Of a DNA stretch of 64,000 nucleotides, positions 9,990 through 20,000 are shown piece after piece. A program made the position numbers and the translations under genes. The notes under the pieces were generated by a model, which worked only from the letters and a program-made list of their open reading frames with translations, was not told the DNA's origin and searched no databases. The DNA is from a bacterium (lineage in GTDB: Bacteria > Patescibacteriota > Patescibacteriia > UBA1558 > UBA10009), in NCBI GenBank assembly GCA_018672055.1, contig JABHGM010000001.1, positions 72,884-136,883 on the forward strand, in the 5' to 3' direction. Each line of letters begins with the position of its first letter. Position 1 is the first letter of the stretch.

Positions 9990-10118
9990 ATATCAATATA
10001 AAGCTATTATACCTATATTACTAAATAGACCTGTCCCCTCTTTACTATAAAATTATATGAAGCTTAAATTCTAATATTTTTCACTATTTATTTAAAAAAT
10101 ATTAATCTTTAATAATAC

Positions 10119-10147
10119 TTGACAAAAGACATTTTTTTTGCCAAAAT
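10119..10147 (+). promoter_or_regulatory. sigma70 promoter of the rpsF operon
   Basis: TTGACA-17-CAAAAT with extended TG. Confidence 0.6.
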
Positions 10148-10245
10148 ACTATAACACTGAATAATCAGTGTAATTTAACCACGTACTTTCTTATTTTAAA
10201 GAAAGGCTCCTAAAAACATTGTTTTTAGGATAAATTACTACAATT

Positions 10246-10734
10246 ATGAATACAGAATTAACTCATTATGAACTTACCTACATAATTCCAGGTAATGTTC
10301 CAGAGGATGAACATCCTAAAATCTTAGAAAAAGTAAATGAGCTTCTTACAAAATTTGAAGCTGAAGTTACTTCAAATGAAGATCTAGGCAGACGTAAATT
10401 TGCTTATCCAATTAATCACTTACGTCATGGTTTTTACCACACCCTAGAGTTTGATTTAGCTGCTTCTAATGTCAAGAAATTAGAAGATGAAATGAAGCTA
10501 GACTCCAATGTCTTGCGTTTTTTAATTATTAAAAAACGTTTAGTTACTGAAGAAGAGAAAAAAGAAGAAAAGAAAGTTATTGAAAAGATAGCTAAGACTA
10601 AAATAGCTAAAGTCGAGAAAAAAGAAGCTGACAAAGAAAAAGCTGATAAGCAACAAAAAGAAGATAAGAAAAAAATAAGTTTAGAAGACTTAGATAAAAA
10701 ACTTGATGAATTATTAGATGAAGAAGTAATATAA
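10246..10734 (+). CDS. rpsF: 30S ribosomal protein S6 with K/E-rich C-terminal extension
   Basis: YELTYII, GRRKFAYPI and VLRFLI motifs; rpsF-ssb-rpsR order. Confidence 0.95.
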   Translation: MNTELTHYELTYIIPGNVPEDEHPKILEKVNELLTKFEAEVTSNEDLGRRKFAYPINHLRHGFYHTLEFDLAASNVKKLEDEMKLDSNVLRFLIIKKRLVTEEEKKEEKKVIEKIAKTKIAKVEKKEADKEKADKQQKEDKKKISLEDLDKKLDELLDEEVI

Positions 10735-10753
10735 CTATTAAATATTTAAAAAT

Positions 10754-11221
10754 ATGGATTTAAACAAAGCCATGATAATTGGCAACTTAACAAGAGACCC
10801 AGAGATAAAAACTACTCCTAATGGTCAAACTGTAGCTAACTTTGGTGTAGCTACTAACTTAACTTGGACTGATCAAAGTGGTCAGAAGCAAGAAAAAGCT
10901 GAATTCCATAATATTGTAGCTTGGAGAAAATTAGCTGAAATTATGGGTCAATACTTAAAAAAAGGTAGTAAAGTATATATTGAAGGTAGACTACAAACAA
11001 GATCATGGGAAGATCAGAATAGTGTAAAAAAATATAGGACTGAAATAATTGCAGATAATATGATTATGCTAGGTAGTAAACCTGGTGCTTCTGCCCCATC
11101 AGAAGGTGAACAAGCAGCTCCTAAACATGATTACGCTCAACCAGAACCAGAAGTAAGCAAGCCTGTTGAAACAAATAACCAAGCTGAAGAAGAAATTAAT
11201 GTTGAAGATATTCCCTTTTAA
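10754..11221 (+). CDS. ssb: Single-stranded DNA-binding protein
   Basis: LNKAMIIGNLTRDPE, KGSKVYIEGRLQTRSW and C-terminal DIPF. Confidence 0.97.
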   Translation: MDLNKAMIIGNLTRDPEIKTTPNGQTVANFGVATNLTWTDQSGQKQEKAEFHNIVAWRKLAEIMGQYLKKGSKVYIEGRLQTRSWEDQNSVKKYRTEIIADNMIMLGSKPGASAPSEGEQAAPKHDYAQPEPEVSKPVETNNQAEEEINVEDIPF

Positions 11222-11224
11222 TTA

Positions 11225-11473
11225 ATGAATAATAATACTATGACAAAACAATCTCAAAATCTATTAAATAAAAAACGTTATTGCTATTTCTGTGTAAACA
11301 TAACTAAAGATATGGATTACAAACAATGGCAACAATTACAACGTTTTACTTCATCTTACGGTAAAATTGTACCAAGAAGAAGAAGTGGTGTTTGCTTAAA
11401 GCACCAAAGAAAATTATCTAAAGCTTTAAAAAGAGCTAGATTCATGGCTCTCTTACCATATACAACTAGATAA
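11225..11473 (+). CDS. rpsR: 30S ribosomal protein S18 (Zn-binding form)
   Basis: CYFC..DYK..GKIVPRR.SGVC.KHQR...KRARFMALLPY. Confidence 0.95.
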   Translation: MNNNTMTKQSQNLLNKKRYCYFCVNITKDMDYKQWQQLQRFTSSYGKIVPRRRSGVCLKHQRKLSKALKRARFMALLPYTTR

Positions 11474-11475
11474 AT

Positions 11476-12033
11476 ATGTATTCAATTAGTGACTTAAAAG
11501 TTGGTACTATCATTTCTTATGATAACCAACCATACGTTATTGCCTCAGCACAACATATTAAAGTAGCCAGAGGTGGAGCTAACTTAAAAACTAAGCTTAA
11601 AAACTTAATAACTGGCTCAACATTAGATAAAACATTCAGTGGTGCTGATAAAATAGATGAAGCTGATATTGAAAGATCTAAAGCTAACTTTCTATATGCT
11701 TCAGGTTCAAATTATACTTTCATGGATAATCAATCATATGAACAATTTGAATTAGATAAAGAATTAATTGGGGCATCAGCTGAATTATTAAAAGACGGAC
11801 AAACTGTAGATGTAATGCTTTTTAAAGAGAAGCCAGTTATTGTTAAACTGCCAGTTAAAGTTGAATTAAAGGTTACTGAAAGCCCTCCAGGCGTTAAAGG
11901 TGATACAGCAGGCAGTGCTACTAAAATGATTACCTTAGAAACAGGTAAACGGATAAAAGCACCTTTATTTATAAATCAAAATGATTTAATAAGGGTAAAC
12001 ACAGAAACTGGCGAATACGTAGAAAGAGTATAA
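11476..12033 (+). CDS. efp: Elongation factor P, Arg-tip type
   Basis: PPGVKGDTA, FMD...YEQ and TGEYVER motifs; tip loop KVARGGA. Confidence 0.95.
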   Translation: MYSISDLKVGTIISYDNQPYVIASAQHIKVARGGANLKTKLKNLITGSTLDKTFSGADKIDEADIERSKANFLYASGSNYTFMDNQSYEQFELDKELIGASAELLKDGQTVDVMLFKEKPVIVKLPVKVELKVTESPPGVKGDTAGSATKMITLETGKRIKAPLFINQNDLIRVNTETGEYVERV

Positions 12034-12058
12034 TATATAATTTAGCTATAATTAGCCT

Positions 12059-12082
12059 AAAAATGGTAGAAATACCATTTTT
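12059..12082 (+). terminator. Intrinsic terminator after efp
   Basis: AAAAATGGTA-GAAA-TACCATTTTT hairpin. Confidence 0.7.
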
Positions 12083-12086
12083 ATGA

Positions 12087-12115
12087 TTGACAAAATATAT
12101 AAAATATGCTATACT
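12087..12115 (+). promoter_or_regulatory. sigma70 promoter of orphan 12225
   Basis: TTGACA-17-TATACT with extended TG. Confidence 0.75.
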
Positions 12116-12224
12116 TATATATCATTGTACATTATATATTTTCGTAATCTCCTCTTAAGTTAAGGCTAAAGCGTTTAAATCATTATGCCTTTTAGCCTTA
12201 ACTTAACAAACAAAGGAGAATCTC

Positions 12225-12461
12225 ATGTATGAGATAAATGATAATCAAACGCCATGGTGGGGGACTGAAAGGAGATGGAAAAATTGGTGGAGTAATTATC
12301 CTTGGATAATAATTTTTCCTATAGGTATTATATTAATGCTTATTCCTAATCCGATAAGTCTCTATATTGGAGCACACTTAGTTGGTTACACATTAATGAT
12401 ACTCGTAGGTATAGGTATAGCAATTTTAATATTTGCATTAATATGGAGAGTAAATAAATGA
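12225..12461 (+). CDS. Small Trp-rich two-TM membrane protein (orphan)
   Basis: Own promoter, SD AAAGGAG and downstream terminator; two hydrophobic segments. Confidence 0.7.
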   Translation: MYEINDNQTPWWGTERRWKNWWSNYPWIIIFPIGIILMLIPNPISLYIGAHLVGYTLMILVGIGIAILIFALIWRVNK

Positions 12462-12475
12462 CGACCCAAACATTA

Positions 12476-12510
12476 AAACAGCCGGTTATTCAATGAATAA
12501 CCGGCTTTAA
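12476..12510. terminator. Bidirectional terminator
   Basis: AGCCGGTTATTC-AAT-GAATAACCGGCT between convergent genes. Confidence 0.8.
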
Positions 12511-12528
12511 CTTTATATTAATTTTATT

Positions 12529-13797
12529 TTATTTCAAAACTAATTTTCCTTCTTCAGCTACTATATCTCTCCAATAAAAGTTATTATCTTTCAAATCAGC
12601 AAAAGTCAGCGATAAATATTTTTCTTCATTATGTTTTTTTAAAATATTTGCTAAATGAATCATGATTATGACACTATCATGATTTTTTAATGAAAAATTC
12701 TTATCAAATAACATCTTCAAAAACTGTCCATGCAATATAATACGTTGATCTTTATTAGATAAACTTAATGTGTCTAAACCTGCAAATCCTTTAATGAATT
12801 CTACTTGCCAAGTATTAAATATAGAAACCTTTTCAAGTAAACTAAATTTACTATTTTCTATTAAATTAAATAATAAATTCATTACTAATTTTATATCTTT
12901 TTCACTTATTGCCCTATCAAGTCTATTTATAATTTCTGAATCATCAAATATTGTTTTTGACTCGATATTAGCGAAATATTCACTTATTATTTTATTATAT
13001 GAATCTAAAAATTCATTTTTATTTTTTTCTTTATCTAAATCTTTACCAAATTCATCTTGTAATTCTGTTGTCTCTTCATCATCACTTACCTCATTAACAT
13101 CAAATATATATGGCTGCTTATAATAATTCCCATAATTTTCAGGGTTAGCAAATATATTAAACAGCTTTATAATTCTTTTTAAAGTTGTTTGATCTTCACT
13201 ATTAAGCTTCTTCACATCTTCATTATTTGATATATAACCTGATAATCCTAAACCATTCATTCGACTAGGCCTACCTTCCGTAAAAATTATATAATCATTA
13301 ACCCAATCTTTTATTAATGGAACAGATCTTCCTTTATTAACAGAATAAGAAACATTTTCAGATCCAAGCTTCTCTTCATTTTCCCTTATAGATCCAGTAA
13401 AAGCAGAAATATTAATATAAAAATCTTCTTTAAGCCATCTGGTATAACTAACAAGTAAAGTTAAAATTGGTAATTTATTCTTAAATATAAAAAGTAAATT
13501 ATCTTTTAGTATGTTCTTTATTTGATCTAAACTAAAATTAATTATGGATAATACTTCTAATTTTTTTAGTTCTACATGATACTTGTTATATAAATTTAAA
13601 TTTTGTTTCTTCAACTTACTATCATTTTTATCAAAAACTTCTTTCAATAATTTATATAATAAATAACTATCACCTGGCTCAAGAGAAATAATAAAATCAT
13701 CAACAAATGTTTTTATAAATTTTAAGTTATTGCTGTCTAAAAAATCAGTAATTTGCCAACTATCTATTTTAAGTTCTTCCATTCTTGATCCACTCAT
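12529..13797 (-). CDS. Hypothetical protein, last gene of the giant-protein/VirB6-like operon
   Basis: 422-aa ORF starting 3 nt after 13801..17055; no recognisable catalytic motif. Confidence 0.75.
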   Translation of the reverse strand: MSGSRMEELKIDSWQITDFLDSNNLKFIKTFVDDFIISLEPGDSYLLYKLLKEVFDKNDSKLKKQNLNLYNKYHVELKKLEVLSIINFSLDQIKNILKDNLLFIFKNKLPILTLLVSYTRWLKEDFYINISAFTGSIRENEEKLGSENVSYSVNKGRSVPLIKDWVNDYIIFTEGRPSRMNGLGLSGYISNNEDVKKLNSEDQTTLKRIIKLFNIFANPENYGNYYKQPYIFDVNEVSDDEETTELQDEFGKDLDKEKNKNEFLDSYNKIISEYFANIESKTIFDDSEIINRLDRAISEKDIKLVMNLLFNLIENSKFSLLEKVSIFNTWQVEFIKGFAGLDTLSLSNKDQRIILHGQFLKMLFDKNFSLKNHDSVIIMIHLANILKKHNEEKYLSLTFADLKDNNFYWRDIVAEEGKLVLK

Positions 13798-13800
13798 ATT

Positions 13801-16800
13801 TTATTTTCTTTTATCATTAATAAATTCATCTATTGCCATTTTACCTGTATTGTTATCTTTAATTTTATCCTTAATATCATTTAAGCTATTTGTTAAATCC
13901 CCCATTAGAAAATTCATTACAGATCTATTTTCTCTAAATTGCTTTTTAATTTGTCTTTTTAGTATTTCAATAAATTCTAATCTGGCCATAGAACTTGCTC
14001 TCCAATCTTTTCCCTTCAATTGACCAATTTCGACCATAGAACTTTCTAAAACTAAACCTATAGAACCATTAACAAGCTGCTCTTTATTATTATTTTTAAC
14101 ACCTTTTTTAATATCTGTAACCTTCTGTTTACCAAAATCATCTAAAGTCATAGCAACTTTATCTAAACCATTAATTACATCTTGTATTGACTGGTTAACA
14201 TTGGCAGATTTTTCACCCTTCTCACCCTTCTCAGATTTTTCACCCTTCTCACCCTTCTCGCCCTTCTCAGATTTTTCACCCTTCTTACCCTTCTCAGATT
14301 TTTCACCCTTCTTACCATCTTTAGCCTTCTTACCCTTCTTAGGACTTCTTATTTCATCTTCCAAATCTTCTTCGCCAGGACCTCCATTAATATACATTCT
14401 ATGTTTTTCATAGCCATAATTTTTAACTGATTTTGCAATTTTATCACCAACTATAAATCTACTCTCACTGCCATCTTCAGAATCTACTTTTTCTACATCA
14501 TATACTGCCCCATTTGCAGCATTAATAGCTATCATTTTTCCCGTTATCTTAGACTTGCCGTCCTTATCTCTTATAAATTTACCATCTTTATCTTTTTCTT
14601 TTTCATCAAATTTAACAATCATAAAACCTGTTTTTGATCCTTGTCTTACTTCAATAGCAGCACCCTTAGCATAGTTTCTGTTAGCCTCTGAATTATCAGA
14701 TACAAATTGGGCGCCTGATTTATCATATGAAGCTATACCATTACGCATACTAGCATCTAAGACACTTAAAAATACTCTTAAATCGCTAACAGACTTATAA
14801 TCATGAGCTTTAGTATGTTCAGATTCGTCTTTGCTGAGTGGTGCTCCAAGAGCGCTACCACCAACATTAGTATTACCTGTTCTTGATTTTGTAGCACTAG
14901 CAACCTTATATATTTCATTACTATTACCAGACAATTCATGCATCCTTCTATATGATTCATCAATATCACAACTAGCATTAGTACCATCTCCCATTCTGGC
15001 ACTATACATATGAGCCTGACCTCTTTCTGGACCATCACGCTTAGAAGCTTCAGTTAAACGTTCTCTGGCTACTTCAGTTAATCCATTTTTATCTTTTATA
15101 GTATAATCTAATAACCTCTGTTTACCAGTTTCTGGGTCTGCCCTTACCCAGCCAACATCTTCCCAATGACCATTCGCCCATGCTGGCTCCTCTAAATCAT
15201 ACACAACATCCTTTCCAGCATCAGATTCATCTCCATTATGATCCATAATGATATATTCTTTGAAAAACTTACCCTTCTTTTTAGGTGGCTCTATCTCTAC
15301 ATGGCCATAAATTAATCTTTGTTCTGCTCCTGTGAGAACTTTATTTAATTTATCAAATTCCTTATCTTTTTCCTCTTTTGATAATCCTTTCCATTTTTGT
15401 TCCTTATCCGTTTCATTATATAAATCCTCTTCTCTTTTTTCATCATAGGCAATAGAAGCATTAGAAATTTCTACTTCTAAGTCCTCACCTTTAAAACCTT
15501 CATCTTCTTTTTTTTGCTTAATATCTTTAAGATAATAATATTTTTTTTCTTCTTCAGAACCCTTCTCCATTAAATCTTCCATTATCCTAGGTATGGACAT
15601 TAAATCATCAATCCAAGATTCTTTAGAAGCGTAAGCAAATAGTCCACGAATTACTCTATCTTTTTCGGTGCTAGGTTTCATATCTAATGCTAAATCAAAT
15701 TTAGCCATAACATCTTGCAAACCAGAGACATTCATATCCTCAACTTTAGTTTTTGCTATTCTTGATTCTGCAGTTGTTGCATGAGAAGTTTGTAATTTTC
15801 CACCAGTCATAATTTTATTATAAAAATCATAAGCTTGTGCTGAAGCAACTTGTCTTGATTCATCAAGCAAAACATCGCCACGCTTAGCGAGCCCTTCCCA
15901 ACCAGGTTTAGTCAAAAGCATTAAACTCTTTCTAAAAATACCTGCACCTTCGGCCGTTGCCGAATCCAATACCTTCCTTTCTACATACTTACCGCTTCTT
16001 TTAGCGACAGTTTTTGCCAAGAATCCTGCTCCCTTAAATGATGCTGTAATTGGAGCTAGACCTGCCTTTATAGATCCCTTGCCTATGTCTGATAACTTAG
16101 TTCCTATTTTCCCAGCTATAGTCCCAGCTGCTCCACTCGCTTTTTGACTAAACATTAAAGCCATCCATAATAGAGCTATTGAAACGATAAAAGTAAAAAG
16201 TTTTGGCGTTTCACTTATTGCTGAAACAGTAACTGAAAATTTTTCTTCACTTCCTTCTTTATATTCTATATCCTGCCCACTAACTTCTCCGTATTTAATA
16301 ACATTAGGATCATTAGAAAATTGATTTAATATTGCGCTATCACTTGTTATTGAAAGACTTAATATGGAAAGAGAAAGCCACATAAAAAAAGCTAAAACAA
16401 TACCAATAGTTATTTCTTTAAAAAAATGACCCCAGAATTCAGACCAATATTTTTGTAAATTTGGAAAAGTGTATGCAATAAAAGCAATTGGAGAGATTAT
16501 TACTAAAATCCATAATGTTAATATTCTAAATAAAAGTACTACGAAAAATGCAGCTATAGTAAAACAAGCCACGATTAATAATATTAAACCTAATAAAAGT
16601 CCGCCAAATGCTTCAAAACTTTCACCATCATCATTAACAGTCATACTCAAAATATGTTCAAGCCCAAACGCACTATTTAAATTAATTAAAAGAGCTCCTT
16701 TAAACCCATTTACAAAAGTAAGCATAACTACCTGACTAACATCAATTAAAAAACCAAGAATTGTTTTAGAAAAATTAATTAAAATAGCCATGATAATCAA

Positions 16801-17055
16801 CTTAAATAAAGTTGTCTTATAATGGTATACAGATATTTTTAAAATTGTACCAAAAGCAATAATTAATAATATTACTACCACCGTCATATTACAAACATCC
16901 CTAACTAATGGCCAACCTATTTGCACTGCTTCTGAACTTAAAAAATTATTGTATTGAAAAATAACAACCAATCGCTCCATAAACCAAGCAAGAAGTGTGG
17001 CAGTGAGACTGATAATCTCCATCAAAAGCCAATTTATCATGTTGAAAAAATCCAT
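13801..17055 (-). CDS. VirB6/TrbL-like polytopic membrane protein with long cytoplasmic tail
   Basis: GWPLVRDVCN, LINFSKTI...ID, R...LW.L.I.SP.AF...P..KYW..W patterns; multi-TM N-terminal ~300 aa. Confidence 0.7.
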   Translation of the reverse strand: MDFFNMINWLLMEIISLTATLLAWFMERLVVIFQYNNFLSSEAVQIGWPLVRDVCNMTVVVILLIIAFGTILKISVYHYKTTLFKLIIMAILINFSKTILGFLIDVSQVVMLTFVNGFKGALLINLNSAFGLEHILSMTVNDDGESFEAFGGLLLGLILLIVACFTIAAFFVVLLFRILTLWILVIISPIAFIAYTFPNLQKYWSEFWGHFFKEITIGIVLAFFMWLSLSILSLSITSDSAILNQFSNDPNVIKYGEVSGQDIEYKEGSEEKFSVTVSAISETPKLFTFIVSIALLWMALMFSQKASGAAGTIAGKIGTKLSDIGKGSIKAGLAPITASFKGAGFLAKTVAKRSGKYVERKVLDSATAEGAGIFRKSLMLLTKPGWEGLAKRGDVLLDESRQVASAQAYDFYNKIMTGGKLQTSHATTAESRIAKTKVEDMNVSGLQDVMAKFDLALDMKPSTEKDRVIRGLFAYASKESWIDDLMSIPRIMEDLMEKGSEEEKKYYYLKDIKQKKEDEGFKGEDLEVEISNASIAYDEKREEDLYNETDKEQKWKGLSKEEKDKEFDKLNKVLTGAEQRLIYGHVEIEPPKKKGKFFKEYIIMDHNGDESDAGKDVVYDLEEPAWANGHWEDVGWVRADPETGKQRLLDYTIKDKNGLTEVARERLTEASKRDGPERGQAHMYSARMGDGTNASCDIDESYRRMHELSGNSNEIYKVASATKSRTGNTNVGGSALGAPLSKDESEHTKAHDYKSVSDLRVFLSVLDASMRNGIASYDKSGAQFVSDNSEANRNYAKGAAIEVRQGSKTGFMIVKFDEKEKDKDGKFIRDKDGKSKITGKMIAINAANGAVYDVEKVDSEDGSESRFIVGDKIAKSVKNYGYEKHRMYINGGPGEEDLEDEIRSPKKGKKAKDGKKGEKSEKGKKGEKSEKGEKGEKGEKSEKGEKGEKSANVNQSIQDVINGLDKVAMTLDDFGKQKVTDIKKGVKNNNKEQLVNGSIGLVLESSMVEIGQLKGKDWRASSMARLEFIEILKRQIKKQFRENRSVMNFLMGDLTNSLNDIKDKIKDNNTGKMAIDEFINDKRK
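14205..14342 (-). repeat. In-frame 9-nt tandem repeat (GEK/SEK/GKK)
   Basis: Plus-strand CCCTTCTCA/GATTTTTCA units; protein KGEKSEKGKKGEKSEKGEKGEKGEKSEKGEKGEKS. Confidence 0.9.
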
Positions 17056-17061
17056 ATATTA

Positions 17062-20000
17062 TTATCTAGGAATAATTTGTATTTGACCATTAAACTGAGG
17101 TGATGAACCTAAATCACATCTTTCATTACCGTAAATTCCACTACTACACCATCCCCAATGATCTTTAACTGAAATGGTTGGTCCAGAATAATAGCAAATA
17201 CCATCATCTGCATCAATCCAATTTTCTATGTTAGTATCCCAACATTTACTACATCTGTCCCCTTCAGTATTAGTTACACAACTATATACATGTTTAACTT
17301 TATGAGGACTGCTTTCTTGAGGTCTATTATTAATTGGACCTGAAAAACTTTGAATATCACTTGGACTTGGACCATCATTCCATTTAATTAATATTTCTTC
17401 TATAGGTAATTGATCTGGATTACCCATTATAGTATTAAAGCTAAGATTAACTGCTCCCCCTGGTGCAGTAAGTGTTATAACACCACTACTATCATTTAAT
17501 TCAATATTTGTAACTTGAGGAGCCACTCCTTCTTCCTCAACAACAGAAATCTTCCCATCAGCATCATCAAAATCATCTGTTACATCTTCATAATGTCCAT
17601 CTTCCCATTTATATACTCCATATACTTCAGCAAATAAATTTAATACCCTGTCTCTTAAAACATCTGCTAATTCTAAAGGCTCTCCAAGACAAACTGGATA
17701 AAGTGTTTGATTTAAACAATCTTGATTACCATTAGCTATATCACATGATGTATTATTAGTATTTCCATCTGCATTTGTACATAGAAAGCTGGATGTATCA
17801 GTCAGGTTACCACATGTTACATAATCTAGTTCTCCATCTTCAGTACATATATCATTATCTGCATTATCTTCACTATCAGCACACTCTGTATATTCAGTTT
17901 CACCGCTTGCATTTAAACAATATAAAACACCATTATTAGAGGATTGAATTTCACTACAAGTATTATACTCTTGAACTTGAGGACAATCTAAATCTGTAGC
18001 ACATATCTGATTATTAGTAACGCCAGAAGTTGAATCTGTATAACACATTCTATTTGTTGCTAGTATTGGTTTACGACAAGTTGGATATTTTGAATCAAAA
18101 CATTCTATACTAGCATTACAGGCTTGACCATTTGAAATATTAGCTGAGTTATAGCAATAATCTCCAACGCCAATACATATACCACTTAAATCAGCACCTG
18201 AATCATCTTCACATTCACTGCTATTAATACAAGTATTGCCTTCATTAAATCCGCCTAAGCATTCCCTATTTGAAACTGAATGTCCAGTATAAGTTGAAAA
18301 TGGTAAACCGCCTCTTGCAAAAATTTCTGGCTCATATGAACCATTAGGTATATTTGAATTAGAACCACTATGAATATTCAAAGGAACTGCTGGATTATCA
18401 ATGGAATTCCAACTATATGGATCACCTGCTGAAGGTTCAGAGACACTACCATATAAGTATGAATCTTCAACCATATTAGATTTCATATAACCCATTTCAT
18501 TTCCTTCATCAAAATCCCAGTTATTATTATATCTTGTAAACCAAGCTTTCTCTTTTTGACCACTCTCACTTGTATCTTTTACAGTTTTAACTAAATAACT
18601 ACATGATTCTTTCAAATGGAATATTAGTTGATATCCCCAAGTATCTTGATTATTACCATCGCCATCATCATCGTGACCATAATGTTCTATTTCTTCTATA
18701 TTTCCATTAATATCAAACTTGACTTTAACGCCTACCCTTTCTTCTCCTGAGCTATCACATGAACCATCTTCATTGTTCCATTTATCTGGATCTGTTTCAA
18801 CGCTATTTCTACAATATGCAAAGAATAGAGAATTATCATCAGACCATTCTAATAAGGTAAATGTTTCACCCGGATTTGGGAATTGCTTATCACCACCATT
18901 AGATATGGTTCTAGCTTCAATCTTATGAATATCTGATCGTTTTATATTCCATATTTCTTGATTATCACCATCTGTATAGAATGAAGTATAATCTTCCCCA
19001 GGGTAATACCACTCGTGTTCTTCATTTGAAACCTCAATATACTCAGTGCTCCATTCAAAACCATCATAACCACACTGCATATTACTTCCCCAGTTCCAAC
19101 ACTGATTACCATTATATATAGTCTCTTTGTAATGACTTGTACTTTCTAAACAGTAATAAAGAGGCATAGGACCAGTATAGTAGCTAGTAGCACTATCACC
19201 TAAAGATATTAATGATTCCCCAGATATATTATCTACTGGGTACCATTGTATACATGCTTCCTGGTTATTTGGATCATACTCTAAACAATAGCCATGCCAT
19301 CCATTATATTGCTTTAGATCGCTATAATTACAGCTAGGAGCATTATCAGTTGGATATAGTCTACAATCTTTAGTTAATAACTTATCATCAGAAACAAATA
19401 ATCCAGGTTCTATACTAAATTTATCAAACCAAACTAATCCAGTACCACCTGATTCTTCTGTTGTTGGTGCATCAATAGTAATACGAGCAGCCACAGCTCC
19501 GTCAGGAATAATTATTTCAGAATTTGATTCAGAAGGTTCATAAGAAATTAAGAATCTCTGCCAATTAACATTAGGTGTAAATATTTCTAAAGAATTAGAT
19601 AACTCATCACCAGATCCATCAAGCCAAGTAAGTCCAACCTTAATCTTTTGACTACCATTACTAGATTTTGCATAAAAACTTAAATTATATTGCATATTTG
19701 GATCAATACTAATCTGACTTTGATTTACAACTGAACAATTAAAATTACCATCTTCACCAACAACTGATTGTGATAAATCTACACTCAAACTATATGTACC
19801 ATCATAAACATTTAAATTATTATTTTCTATTCCATAATTACAATATTCTTCTTCACCAAACTGCCAACTTGATAATCCAGAAACTGAATCAATTAACTCA
19901 AAACTACTATTTGAAATAGCAACCGATCTACCTGTTTCTAACATTAATTCAGGTGGATAATAACCAGCTATAACCTTGTCAGTATTCCAAATTAAACCAG

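Noticed and set aside
14205-14342. CRISPR array or true collagen domain
   Set aside because: The 9-nt coding repeat has no spacers, and the Gly periodicity is short and broken by Ser/Ala.
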